55,019 nucleotides of DNA. It comes from a virus. Taxonomy: Duplodnaviria > Caudoviricetes. The stretch spans positions 1 through 55,019 of IMG/VR virus record IMGVR_UViG_3300046323_000133; one strand, given 5' to 3'. Under the pieces are notes generated by a model. The model saw only the letters and a program-made list of their open reading frames with translations. It was not told where the DNA came from and did not search any database. The position numbers and the translations under genes were made by a program. Positions 46,012 through 55,019 of this stretch are shown here, in pieces; within the stretch, counting starts at the first letter, position 1, and each line of letters opens with the position of its first letter.

Positions 46012-46689
46012 TTAAGACCTTGTAAACCAGAAATCAGAATTTTCAGCATATATATCTGAAACTGATTCAGGTTGACCTTCATCTCTATTGTTAGCCATAG
46101 TTTCTATACGTCTTTTTAATTCTGACTTTTGCTGCATAAGGACAGAAACATCTGATTCTTCTTTTTGTAAGTATTTAATAGCAGCATCAACTATTACATA
46201 TTCAGCATAGAAATTTAAGTCTTTTAAGGTATCTGTATCTAAGACTAATTTTGGAGCTACTGGAGTATACCATAAACGTATATTGTACGCAGCTTCTGGA
46301 GCTGGGCTAAATTTTATATTGTCGCCTAACAGTCTGTAACGTATATGCGGTCCGTTAACTAGGCCCCAAGTAACATCATTATCTCTGTTACGCTCATTAA
46401 AATTAAAAGGTCTCATAGAGTACCATTTATCATTAGTTATTTGAGCGTCGACACCTTTCATTTTATAGAAATTAGCAGGTAGAGCGTAAGAATCAGTATT
46501 AGCAACTGTTGTAAAAGTAGTATCTTGAATACTGTAATCTGCAGAACCAGCTGATACTAACAAATCATGTAACTCGGCAATAGAGCCATTTATTAAAAAA
46601 TTAAGTTCGGCATCTTCTATAAAATTAGAAGCTTCTCTATCAGCTCTTTGTCTTGTTCGAAGTCTAAGCTCTACTAGTGTATGAGACAT
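46012..46689 (-). CDS. Head-tail adaptor / tail tubular protein A
   Basis: TL.ELR..TRQRAD...ELNFLIN, YALPANF, P.P...Y.I.LWY; position after MCP. Confidence 0.7.
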   Translation of the reverse strand: MSHTLVELRLRTRQRADREASNFIEDAELNFLINGSIAELHDLLVSAGSADYSIQDTTFTTVANTDSYALPANFYKMKGVDAQITNDKWYSMRPFNFNERNRDNDVTWGLVNGPHIRYRLLGDNIKFSPAPEAAYNIRLWYTPVAPKLVLDTDTLKDLNFYAEYVIVDAAIKYLQKEESDVSVLMQQKSELKRRIETMANNRDEGQPESVSDIYAENSDFWFTRS

Positions 46690-46988
46690 TAGTATCCCCC
46701 AACAGGCTTTTCTTGGTCGTCTTCTAAATTAGTAAGCTTTATTAAATCAATAATAGCAGAGGCTATAGATTTAGGATTCTTAGATTCCAAAGCAGACATA
46801 AGAGACGTAGCAGCAGCTTCTTGAGCTGTTCCTGCGTTTATATCGTCTTCTTGACTAGATAACTGTTCCATATTTTCTTCATTTTTAGCTTTTAAAGCTT
46901 CTGAACTGTTTTCAGATGTAGAAGAATCTTTTAGTTTACCTAAAATCATTGTAATATCTTGTTTTTTATCGGAATGCATTAGTCCCAT
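46689..46988 (-). CDS. Hypothetical protein
   Basis: Coupled to the adaptor gene. Confidence 0.6.
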   Translation of the reverse strand: MGLMHSDKKQDITMILGKLKDSSTSENSSEALKAKNEENMEQLSSQEDDINAGTAQEAAATSLMSALESKNPKSIASAIIDLIKLTNLEDDQEKPVGGY

Positions 46989-47022
46989 AGTACACCGCCT
47001 TTACTTAGGAGTGTACCCGTTT

Positions 47023-47430
47023 TTATTTAAAATTACTGACTATGAGCTTTGCCCACTCAATAAAATCTGTCTGAGAGAAGTCTGATTTAGCTCTATTACA
47101 TCTAAAACAACAGGTTACTACGTTACTAGTCACATATCCAAGTGAACTGTCTACCCTATCTATCCCATTATACGTTATTTCGCAGTTTTCAAATTGAACC
47201 AGTCCGCTGTCTTTTGCTGGATTTACTGTCCTATAGGGCTCTTTTTTACAATAAAAACACACTGCGTAGATAAGCTCTATGAATAGTTTATCTGAAATCT
47301 CCCAAGTCTTTCCTCTAGCATTTTTTTTCATCCTATTTTTTAGATATTTTTCAGCGGTCTCTTTGTCCGATGATTTCCTTCTTTTTACTCCTGGTCTACC
47401 TTGTCCTGTATTTTTTAGTATTGTTTTCAT
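47023..47430 (-). CDS. HNH-like endonuclease
   Basis: CFYC...NGIDRVDSSLGY...NVVTCCFRCNRAK. Confidence 0.85.
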   Translation of the reverse strand: MKTILKNTGQGRPGVKRRKSSDKETAEKYLKNRMKKNARGKTWEISDKLFIELIYAVCFYCKKEPYRTVNPAKDSGLVQFENCEITYNGIDRVDSSLGYVTSNVVTCCFRCNRAKSDFSQTDFIEWAKLIVSNFK

Positions 47431-47435
47431 AGTTC

Positions 47436-47466
47436 ATTATACCATAACAAAGCCTATATATGTCAA
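47436..47466 (-). promoter_or_regulatory. sigma70-type extended -10 promoter; probably gives a leaderless HNH transcript
   Basis: TTGACA-19-TATAAT with TGn extension, 5 nt before the ATG. Confidence 0.55.
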
Positions 47467-47517
47467 TATAGAAATAGTTAACGATTTGGTTATATTCGGT
47501 ATTTTTATAGTTTAGAC

Positions 47518-47547
47518 AAAAAAAAGACCCTGTATTTCTACAGAGCC
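47518..47547 (-). terminator. Rho-independent terminator after the major capsid gene
   Basis: GGCTCTGTA-GAAA-TACAGGGTC followed by T8. Confidence 0.85.
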
Positions 47548-47572
47548 TTTTAGTTTTATAATCTATTTAAGA

Positions 47573-48784
47573 TTAAGCAAACTTGATACGAGCGTTGTAT
47601 CCTGGAGCTCTACAGCCCATTTGAGCGTAGTAACCTACTCGGATTTCAACTGAATCTGCATTAGAATCACGTAACATCTTAAGACCGTCAGTATCTAAAA
47701 TCTTAGGAGCTTTTCCTAAAGAGTATAGTTTCCAAGTGTCTAATTGTAACATGTATCCAACGTTAGCAGGACAGTTTTGGTCTGCAAATACGTTAATAAT
47801 TCCACGCGGACCGTTAACTTCAATACCACGGAAACCAACAAAATTAGTTACTTTTAAGTCCATATATCGAACTTTAGTTCCTAATTCTTTTTCTAACTGA
47901 GCGTACTTGCTGTAAGCAATAACACAATGAGTTGGTTTAGCACCTTCACGAGCAAGTCTAGAAGCAGTGTTTATCAAAGCCTCTTCGATTGGTAAAGCAG
48001 TTGCATCGTAACGGATACCGGCTAAACGAGTAGCGTCAGAAGAACGGTTTACAGAGAAAAAGTTATCAGAAGGAGAAGGAGAAGTTGCAGGAATCCAAGC
48101 AGCTAAACCTTTAATTTTTTGGTCATAATCTCCATCAACAAAGATAAAATCTAAGTCAGCAACAGCAGGAATAGCTGTATTTAAAGGAGCATTAACAGTT
48201 ACTTGACCTAAATCACGGTCAACACCTGTCACAGTTACAGTTCCAGCTCTTACAACAGTTCCACCGTCAGTACCAGAAACTTGCAATACTTGACCAACTT
48301 CAAAATTAGTTACTGATTCAATAGATTGTAACTGGATTAAGTTAGTTGTAATATCAGTAGCTACTGCGATTTGACCAACTGTTCCAGAACCTGTACCGAA
48401 CATAGCAATAGCTAATGAACGAGCAGCAGAGTGGATAGCTCCGTCGATTTCAGTTGAAGCAGCTTCCATGAATGCATTTGCATTACCTTTTGAAGCTTCA
48501 ATTGTTTCATTGTCGATAGATGCTAAAGAATAATCTTTGCTTCTTGTCAACACGAAATCTTTTAATTGAGAATTAGATTTGTTAGCCTGTGCTTTGATAA
48601 AATTAGCAGAACGGCCTTGTGGGTTTCCGTAGATTATTGGAATTGGTAAATTTTTTCCACCGAAATCTTCCATTTTAGGTATCATAGCTAAAAGAGGATT
48701 ATCAGCATATACCATATTTTCTACAGCGTCATTTGTGTACTTTACTTTTAAAGCACTTGCGAAAGTTACTAGGTCTAAAGACAT
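47573..48784 (-). CDS. Major capsid protein
   Basis: 403 aa following portal and scaffold; highly biased codon usage; strong downstream terminator. Confidence 0.85.
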   Translation of the reverse strand: MSLDLVTFASALKVKYTNDAVENMVYADNPLLAMIPKMEDFGGKNLPIPIIYGNPQGRSANFIKAQANKSNSQLKDFVLTRSKDYSLASIDNETIEASKGNANAFMEAASTEIDGAIHSAARSLAIAMFGTGSGTVGQIAVATDITTNLIQLQSIESVTNFEVGQVLQVSGTDGGTVVRAGTVTVTGVDRDLGQVTVNAPLNTAIPAVADLDFIFVDGDYDQKIKGLAAWIPATSPSPSDNFFSVNRSSDATRLAGIRYDATALPIEEALINTASRLAREGAKPTHCVIAYSKYAQLEKELGTKVRYMDLKVTNFVGFRGIEVNGPRGIINVFADQNCPANVGYMLQLDTWKLYSLGKAPKILDTDGLKMLRDSNADSVEIRVGYYAQMGCRAPGYNARIKFA

Positions 48785-48903
48785 TTTGTGTTCCTTTGTT
48801 CGTTTTCCGAACGGTTTTTTTGACTCCGAAGAGTCTTATATATTTAATTTGTGTCTAAGCTTTAAAGGCGCTAAAACGTTATACCTTGATTAGGATTTAT
48901 GGC

Positions 48904-49794
48904 CTAGTCAACCCATCGAAGCAATTTCGCTGCTTCTTTAGTCAACTCGTCTCGACTAAGTTTGCGTTCTCCCGATACTGGTACTTCGGTAGACAGAGTA
49001 TTCGACAATGTTTGCGATGTCTGTTTTACAGATTGCTCTTCTTTTTTTGGAGCTTGTTTAGCCCGTTTTGCTTCATATGTTCTAGTAACTTGCTCATCTA
49101 AGTGCGCTTCAACCGCGTCACACGCTTCTTTATAAGATAATATTTTAATCAACTGGTCCGGTATTCCTTTTTGAACCTGTTCAGTATAGTGCTGATTCAT
49201 AACTTCATACACCATGTCTACATTATTGTAAGACTTAATAAGTTCGTAATCTTCAGACTTGTTTACAAACTCAGTTAAATCGGCCATAACGCCCTGTATA
49301 ACCTTCTCGTGTTGTTTTTTTAACTCTTCTTCTTCAGACTGTTTTTTCTTAGTTTCTTTATTTTCAAACTCTTCTCTTAAGGCTTTTAACTCAGCTCTTA
49401 AACTGTTTTCAGTCTCGGAAACTGCTTTTTTCATACGAACTTCAGGGTCTGGATTAGCATGGTCCATTAACATTTGACCAATTTCGTCAATAGAAAGTCC
49501 TTTAGATAGTAAAAAATCTAAGGCTTTGGACTTATTTGTGCTTATTTCTCTGTCTAACTCTTCATATGGAGCAAACTTTTTTCTATTTTCTTCGATTTGA
49601 GATAGTTTTTGAGCGTATTCCGTCTCTTTAGACTTAAATTTCTCATTAAACTCTTTTTCTTTTCGAGTTAAAGCAGCAAACTTAGACGCAAATTTGTCTA
49701 TATGTTCGGTATCTTTAATTTCTGGTTTTGTTATTTCCTGCGTTATAACAGGTACTTCTGATACTGCTGGCGCAGCTACTACTGAATCTGACAT
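48904..49794 (-). CDS. Scaffolding protein
   Basis: Charged coiled-coil protein between portal and MCP. Confidence 0.75.
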   Translation of the reverse strand: MSDSVVAAPAVSEVPVITQEITKPEIKDTEHIDKFASKFAALTRKEKEFNEKFKSKETEYAQKLSQIEENRKKFAPYEELDREISTNKSKALDFLLSKGLSIDEIGQMLMDHANPDPEVRMKKAVSETENSLRAELKALREEFENKETKKKQSEEEELKKQHEKVIQGVMADLTEFVNKSEDYELIKSYNNVDMVYEVMNQHYTEQVQKGIPDQLIKILSYKEACDAVEAHLDEQVTRTYEAKRAKQAPKKEEQSVKQTSQTLSNTLSTEVPVSGERKLSRDELTKEAAKLLRWVD

Positions 49795-49848
49795 AAGGAA
49801 CCCCTTTGGCTTAATAAGAGCTTAATGCTCATAAGGGTTCCGCTGTTT

Positions 49849-51690
49849 TTAAACCGCTGGTAATAAATCTGAAACGGGCATTTGGGCTGGTTGTCCAGTA
49901 GGGTCTGCTGTTATAGCCCCGTCCATTTGCTGTAAAGCTGGAGTTACAGGAGCTAAACCTTCAGGAGGAGTACTAGCTATAACCAATAGCTCATTAGCAT
50001 CTGACATCCATTGTCTAAACATTTCTAAAAGCTCTTCTGGAGCTGATTGCGATTTATACATTAGATATGCTTGTTGCATCTTCTCTATCCCATATTTTAG
50101 ATTTTGAAACGGTTCTGGACTCTGATATTCCATTTTGTCAACCATAAGCTCTATCTGTCTTTCAATATCTTCTACTCCTGAATTTTGCATGTTATAAAAA
50201 GATTTTAAATCAGGATAGTCTAAAAGCTTCATAGCATCTACTTTATTAATAAAACCTGCTTGTACCATTTCTTGTACTTCAGCCATTCTTGCACTTGGGG
50301 TACTTGATAAAGCACTAGTAGGAAATATTTGCATCATGTATTGGTCTTTTTCCATGTTTACATCTTCCCATTTAATAGTCCTAAGAAAATCAGAACCTGG
50401 GACTTTAACAGAATAGTTTTTAGTTTCTTCAGCTATGTCTTTTGCGTAATCAATCATTATTTCACAAGCATCTAAAAAGGTTTGCTCATAGCGCTTAGCA
50501 CAGGCCATAAAACGCTCAGTTTCAATTTCATTGTAGGTTCTCATAGCTTTACCGCTATTTAAACCGACAGGCTTTTGGGATTGTGCGCTTAGTTGGCTCA
50601 GTCCTATAATTTCGTAAGACCGGCTATACAATCTATCTAATTGAGAAAATAGTTCTGCAGGAATACTTCCTAAAGTGCTCCACTCAGGTTTAGTACCAGC
50701 ATACTTAATTATACCACCTATTTTATTATTTAAATGAGTAGACATGATTTTAGAACTTGCTTCTACCATAAGTTTAGGAACAGATACTAAATGCATAGAA
50801 ACTTGAATAGTTCTTAACAGTTTATTCATTTCTGTTTGAATTCCAGTCAACTGTTCTGAGATTCCTTGTCCCCAAAATCCTAAAGGCCGTTCGTTCCAGC
50901 GACTAAATACAAATGGAAAATAGTCTTTACACCATTCTTCAGAAAATAAAGTTTCATTGTTTATGCATATAGTATGAATGCCATCTTTTGATTCTGGAGA
51001 ACTTCTTAAGTGCCATGATTCTACTACTAGTAACATGTCACCATTTTTAGTGCTATTATCAGTATTCTCATTGTTCATATCTACTGCAGCGTCTATAGAG
51101 CCCTTATACTTAGGGTAGCAAGCCTTTAGAACATCTTTATTAATCCATTTAGACTGATGTAATTGTCTTGGAGCTCCGTATATAGACTCATTATTATCAA
51201 CTGTTAACTCATCAATAAACACTCGTTCTGCACATATCTTATTATCTTTTATATAAATCTTTAAAGCGCCTGTTCCAAATATACAAGCATCAGAAAATAT
51301 TCTAGGCATAAGCTCGTACAACTTAGTGCTGTAGAATTGACCCTCAGCAAATTTTGTAAGCTTTTCTGCTTTTCTTTTTAAGCTAAAATCTCCGTCGTCC
51401 GTTAAAAAGTACGGCTTAGGCTTATTTTTAGTTATTTTAGAAACAGCTGTATCAATCATAGATTGTATGACATTTAAAGTAACCCTGTTTTGAATAGAGT
51501 AGCTGCTCTCTGCTTGAGTATTGTTAAAATCAGCAATACCGTTATATTCGTAATTGCCGTATAGTCTCATATTTCTCAAATTATCTGTTTGGGTACCTAT
51601 TTGGCGTGCTTTTAACATTTTAAGATATGGAAATACCGAATTGTGAATTTCGGACTTTTTCTTCCACCAATAATAATGTGCATTATTCAT
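49849..51690 (-). CDS. Portal protein
   Basis: 613 aa after TerL; NVIQSMIDT..SKI, DACIFGTG, FPFV...GFWGQG..E.L..IQ.E.NK (P22-like portal pattern). Confidence 0.85.
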   Translation of the reverse strand: MNNAHYYWWKKKSEIHNSVFPYLKMLKARQIGTQTDNLRNMRLYGNYEYNGIADFNNTQAESSYSIQNRVTLNVIQSMIDTAVSKITKNKPKPYFLTDDGDFSLKRKAEKLTKFAEGQFYSTKLYELMPRIFSDACIFGTGALKIYIKDNKICAERVFIDELTVDNNESIYGAPRQLHQSKWINKDVLKACYPKYKGSIDAAVDMNNENTDNSTKNGDMLLVVESWHLRSSPESKDGIHTICINNETLFSEEWCKDYFPFVFSRWNERPLGFWGQGISEQLTGIQTEMNKLLRTIQVSMHLVSVPKLMVEASSKIMSTHLNNKIGGIIKYAGTKPEWSTLGSIPAELFSQLDRLYSRSYEIIGLSQLSAQSQKPVGLNSGKAMRTYNEIETERFMACAKRYEQTFLDACEIMIDYAKDIAEETKNYSVKVPGSDFLRTIKWEDVNMEKDQYMMQIFPTSALSSTPSARMAEVQEMVQAGFINKVDAMKLLDYPDLKSFYNMQNSGVEDIERQIELMVDKMEYQSPEPFQNLKYGIEKMQQAYLMYKSQSAPEELLEMFRQWMSDANELLVIASTPPEGLAPVTPALQQMDGAITADPTGQPAQMPVSDLLPAV

Positions 51691-51692
51691 GC

Positions 51693-51941
51693 TTAACTCC
51701 TGCTAGACCAGAATAAATCTTCGTCTTGCTCTTCTTTAGAGCTAACATCAGAATCTATCAAATCTTTTTGAAAAACTGTTTTTTTATCTTCATTTATAAC
51801 AGCATCTTCTATAGAAGTAAGGCTTTCTACTAGGCCCAAATCACTGATTTCAAACGAAATATCTCCTACTTTCAAGGATTTAACTTTTTCGTCTTTACAC
51901 CATTTTATAAGGGTTTGAAGCTCATTTATACTGTTTATCAT
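51693..51941 (-). CDS. Small acidic hypothetical protein
   Basis: AAGGAG RBS before ATG 51941. Confidence 0.6.
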   Translation of the reverse strand: MINSINELQTLIKWCKDEKVKSLKVGDISFEISDLGLVESLTSIEDAVINEDKKTVFQKDLIDSDVSSKEEQDEDLFWSSRS

Positions 51942-51963
51942 GCTAAGATACTCCTTGTTTTTG

Positions 51964-54492
51964 TTAGTCGTCCCAGTTTTCAACTCCAGAATCAAATATG
52001 TAGTCCATGTCCTGGTCTGTTATATTATCGTCTTCGTTAAAGTTCTTTTTGGCCTCTAAAGCCTCTATATCTCTTTGTTCTAATAAATCCATGTATTCTT
52101 GAGTATTGGTTTTAGGAGCTCTGATAGAACCTTCAGCTTCAATATAATGCTTACAATGCCTCCATGCGTACAAAACGGCATCTCCAATATCTGTATGATA
52201 AATATCGGAAACTTTTAACTTTGTAGGGTCCGAACGGTCCCATACTACTAAACTAGTATCTTCTTCAAACCTGGAGCCTTTGTATACTTTCATACGAGCT
52301 GTTCTTAAGTCATCATTCATTAGCTCAATAAACTCAAATTTTCTATGTTTTTCTGCTACTTCCATGTTTAAGCCGTGACGCTGTCTAACCTCTTCTTGGA
52401 TTTTTTTACCAAGACCTCCACCATCCATTACCATTTTTACAGGCATGTACTTGTCGTTTAAAGCTTTAATTTTAGCTATTAATACAGAAATGGTTTGCTT
52501 ATCCTGTATATCTTCTTCAATTAAATACACATTGCCATCTTGATAGTTATATCCTAATACAGCTATAGCGTCTGAATCATTCCATCCAATATCTACTCCA
52601 AATATATAGACCATGCGACCTGCTGGAGGAGCTGTAAATAGATTTTTCATAGGACTAAATTTGAATACTAGGCTATTTTCATCTTTTTCCCAGTCGCCAT
52701 ATGTCTCTCTTCTGTATGAAGGGTCATTTTCAGTAATTCCCTTTAGTTCTCTTTCTTCTTTTAGTCGAACATTTAAATCTTTAGCTGGTAAACTAAATTT
52801 ACCTTCTGGATTGTGCATATGAGGATTGTTAAAAGCATTCCATTTAAAATTAGGAATCATAGGACTTGTGCAATATTCATAAAAGGGGCCTGCTGGAACT
52901 GGTCCAGGAGTACCTGTTAATCCTAATTCTCCATTTAAATCTCGTAGTCCAGGTAACAAAATATCATTAATTAGTGTACGTAAATATGGTCTAAAAGACT
53001 GGGCCTCATCTACATAAGCTTTTCTCAGCTTTAAACCTCTGTACTTTTCAATTTCAGCTTCATCCTTTGCTCCACCACATCGTATTGTAGATTTAGTATC
53101 ATTGAAAAACATTTCTAAACGGGTCTCGTCAGTCTTAACGTTTATGCGCCACTTATCTGCTACTCTTTTTAACTCATCCCAAATAATAGAACGAGCGCTT
53201 CTTGATGTTAAAGTTAAATATAAACATAAAACATTAGATTCGGACATACAAGTATGTACAAAATCTGCTATAATTGTATTAGTATTATGAGTTATGATAC
53301 CGTTAGACAGCATATACAAATGAGTATCGTTATCCACTTCTAAATCATAGCATTCAGCTAAATATGGCTTACTTATATTAGTAAGCCCGTATCCTTGTTT
53401 TGATTTATTTCTAGATTCCAGAGACCTGTATTCTTTTTTAAATTTTTTTCTATCACATACTATATACGGGTTCAGTCGTTCCAGTAAATAGCAGGTATCT
53501 AGAGAGTTAGAAGTCCTTATGCTACATACCGGTCCATTTTTATACTTAGGACGATTATCTTTCATTAAGATACAATCTATTTGGAAAAGACAACTTATTA
53601 ACTCTTTGCAAATTTCTAAAACAGAAAGGGCTTGCATACTTATTTCAAACGACACTCTTTTCTTGTCATATCTCACACAGCCGTCTGTGTCCAATAAACC
53701 AGCTAAAAATTGCATTTGACTTTCTCTGTTCCAAGAAAATATTACATCCTTGTCTACAATTTTCTCGTGGGCATATTTATTATGTAACCAATCGCTGTAG
53801 TATGGGATATCAAAATGTTTTATATTTTTAAAGCTATATGTAAAGTTATACTGAGAGTTTTTATGCGCTGTGCCTAAAACAGTCTCTAATTTACTTATGA
53901 TGGAATAGTCATCAGAGCTGATACTGATGAAATGCTCTCTGCTACAGCCGTCTCCAATAAGAGCACCTAGTGCGTATGCGAAGGGCTCATTCTTACCACT
54001 CTTAGAGAATAGTTCGTGCTTTTTTATGGCAATAGAAGACTCTCCAATATTAGTGAGTTTTTCCAAAGTAGTTACTTTTTCAACACTGTTTTTATCTAAA
54101 AATAGAAAAGGATGTTGTTTTGTAGCAGTTACTAAAACCTTATTACCTCTTTTTATATCTACGACCGACTTTAGTCCTTTGTATACGTTATCTAATACTT
54201 TAGTTTCTGAAATGCTTCCATCTTTATTGTATCCATACACAATATCTCCAATATTAACATTTTCTATCGCTATAGAACCTCTAGAAGTTGCTACTAATGA
54301 CCCTTTTATTAGACATTTACCTGCTCTACGTGAAGTACAAGCGGACTTTATAATCTTTTTTTCTAAGGCAAAAGCCAACTGTTCTGGGAAGCAAAATTCT
54401 TCAATTTTAAACTGCAAAGCCGCTGCAGCCCTTTCGGACTCAGCGGCACGTTTTTTTAATTCTTTTAATAGTTTGGACTTAGATACTGCCAT
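51964..54492 (-). CDS. terL: Terminase large subunit containing an intein (about 498 aa after splicing)
   Basis: Walker A SRRAGK|T, Walker B AYVDEAQ, LTGTP, nuclease GVDIG..D, D..DAVLYA. Confidence 0.92.
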   Translation of the reverse strand: MAVSKSKLLKELKKRAAESERAAAALQFKIEEFCFPEQLAFALEKKIIKSACTSRRAGKCLIKGSLVATSRGSIAIENVNIGDIVYGYNKDGSISETKVLDNVYKGLKSVVDIKRGNKVLVTATKQHPFLFLDKNSVEKVTTLEKLTNIGESSIAIKKHELFSKSGKNEPFAYALGALIGDGCSREHFISISSDDYSIISKLETVLGTAHKNSQYNFTYSFKNIKHFDIPYYSDWLHNKYAHEKIVDKDVIFSWNRESQMQFLAGLLDTDGCVRYDKKRVSFEISMQALSVLEICKELISCLFQIDCILMKDNRPKYKNGPVCSIRTSNSLDTCYLLERLNPYIVCDRKKFKKEYRSLESRNKSKQGYGLTNISKPYLAECYDLEVDNDTHLYMLSNGIITHNTNTIIADFVHTCMSESNVLCLYLTLTSRSARSIIWDELKRVADKWRINVKTDETRLEMFFNDTKSTIRCGGAKDEAEIEKYRGLKLRKAYVDEAQSFRPYLRTLINDILLPGLRDLNGELGLTGTPGPVPAGPFYEYCTSPMIPNFKWNAFNNPHMHNPEGKFSLPAKDLNVRLKEERELKGITENDPSYRRETYGDWEKDENSLVFKFSPMKNLFTAPPAGRMVYIFGVDIGWNDSDAIAVLGYNYQDGNVYLIEEDIQDKQTISVLIAKIKALNDKYMPVKMVMDGGGLGKKIQEEVRQRHGLNMEVAEKHRKFEFIELMNDDLRTARMKVYKGSRFEEDTSLVVWDRSDPTKLKVSDIYHTDIGDAVLYAWRHCKHYIEAEGSIRAPKTNTQEYMDLLEQRDIEALEAKKNFNEDDNITDQDMDYIFDSGVENWDD
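53284..54315 (-). mobile_element. Intein with LAGLIDADG homing endonuclease (344 aa)
   Basis: Starts CLIKGS, block B TKQHPF, LGALIGDG and FLAGLLDTDG, block F CYDLEV, ends THN followed by T. Confidence 0.93.
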
Positions 54493-54731
54493 TATTTTTT
54501 CTTATTATCAGCAGGTGTATTGTCGTATTCAATGTACTGAATATTATTCCAAGAGGTTAATGTGCTAAGATTTCCTTTTGTAATAAGTACACCATTTTCA
54601 ACTGTTTCAATCTTAAATCCTTTAGCAGCTGATAAGTTAGGAGTCAATTCGGAAACTAAAGGTTGAACAAATGAGTGAGTTTCTCCTCCTAGTTTAACTC
54701 CTTGATAAAATTTAACTCCTAATATTTTCAT
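54492..54731 (-). CDS. Hypothetical protein
   Basis: Coupled to both the ClpP-like gene and terL. Confidence 0.65.
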   Translation of the reverse strand: MKILGVKFYQGVKLGGETHSFVQPLVSELTPNLSAAKGFKIETVENGVLITKGNLSTLTSWNNIQYIEYDNTPADNKKK

Positions 54732-55019
54732 TTCAAAACTCCTCTGTTCATTTTCTTTTTATACTCTTGATATTTTAGCTTATTTTTAGGGTCAACTACT
54801 TGTCCCATTTTGATTAGAGGACAATTATTAAACTTTACTTGAATCTCAAACATTCCCATTAGTAAAAATGACTCAATAGAACTGCTATTTAGAAGAGCAG
54901 GAGAACAAGAAATACTTACAATCTCGTCAGCAGCTTTTTCTTTTATAGAATTTATACCGTTAATCCATAATTCATCTTTTACTTTAGATTTGTAAGATTC
55001 TAGAGATATAGACATTCTA
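54728..55019 (-). CDS. ClpP-like protease, 3' part (joins 1..588)
   Basis: The 95-aa track ORF is the C-terminal continuation (KVKDELWING..KAADEIV resembles the ClpP C-terminal motif). Confidence 0.85.
   Translation of the reverse strand, partial: RMSISLESYKSKVKDELWINGINSIKEKAADEIVSISCSPALLNSSSIESFLLMGMFEIQVKFNNCPLIKMGQVVDPKNKLKYQEYKKKMNRGVLK
54893..55019. repeat. Terminal direct repeat copy 2
   Basis: Identical to 1-127. Confidence 0.95.

Noticed and set aside
53927-54568. 213-aa + strand ORF and other antisense ORFs (e.g. 795, 5809, 27325, 29247, 35028, 36948, 22426, 23513)
   Set aside because: Shadow frames opposite well-supported genes
1-55019. Stop-codon reassignment, DGR, retron, integrase/prophage, or tRNA genes
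   Set aside because: Long genes are intact in code 11 and all three stop codons are used; no reverse transcriptase, recombinase or complete tRNA cloverleaf was recognised by eye

Overview
The window is an apparently complete, circularly assembled dsDNA tailed-phage genome. Bases 1-127 are repeated exactly at 54893-55019, giving a unit length of about 54,892 bp. It is AT-rich, reads in the standard code and has a podovirus-like (P22/T7-style) layout. Two arms diverge from a regulatory region at about 8.8-11.8 kb. The + arm (10.6-24.4 kb) carries a lytic transglycosylase, small early genes, an AEP primase, a DUF5906/SF3 helicase, a RecE-like exonuclease, a DUF5664 dNTP hydrolase, an SSB, an M15 peptidase, family A DNA polymerase and endonuclease VII. 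The - arm (10.4 kb -> 1 -> 55 kb -> 24.3 kb) carries accessory genes, two ClpP-like proteases, an intein-containing terminase, portal, scaffold, capsid, tail and ejection proteins, a large fibre/appendage cluster and holin-like genes. I recognised no integrase, RNA polymerase, tRNA or CRISPR array. Main observations: (1) ten intergenic sigma54-type GG-N10-GC promoter motifs, mostly correctly oriented, with no phage-encoded enhancer-binding protein; (2) a dense TGGCRCA repeat array flanking an AT-rich core; (3) a second ClpP-like protease with a signal-peptide-like N-terminus, largely missed by the ORF track because it spans the origin; (4) a perfect 21-bp inverted repeat bracketing the divergent promoter region; (5) RBS-occluding hairpins before three morphogenesis genes; (6) an ejection-type protein with three S74-like SDExxK motifs; (7) apparent GATC avoidance. 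All functional calls come from motif recognition by eye; no database search was run.
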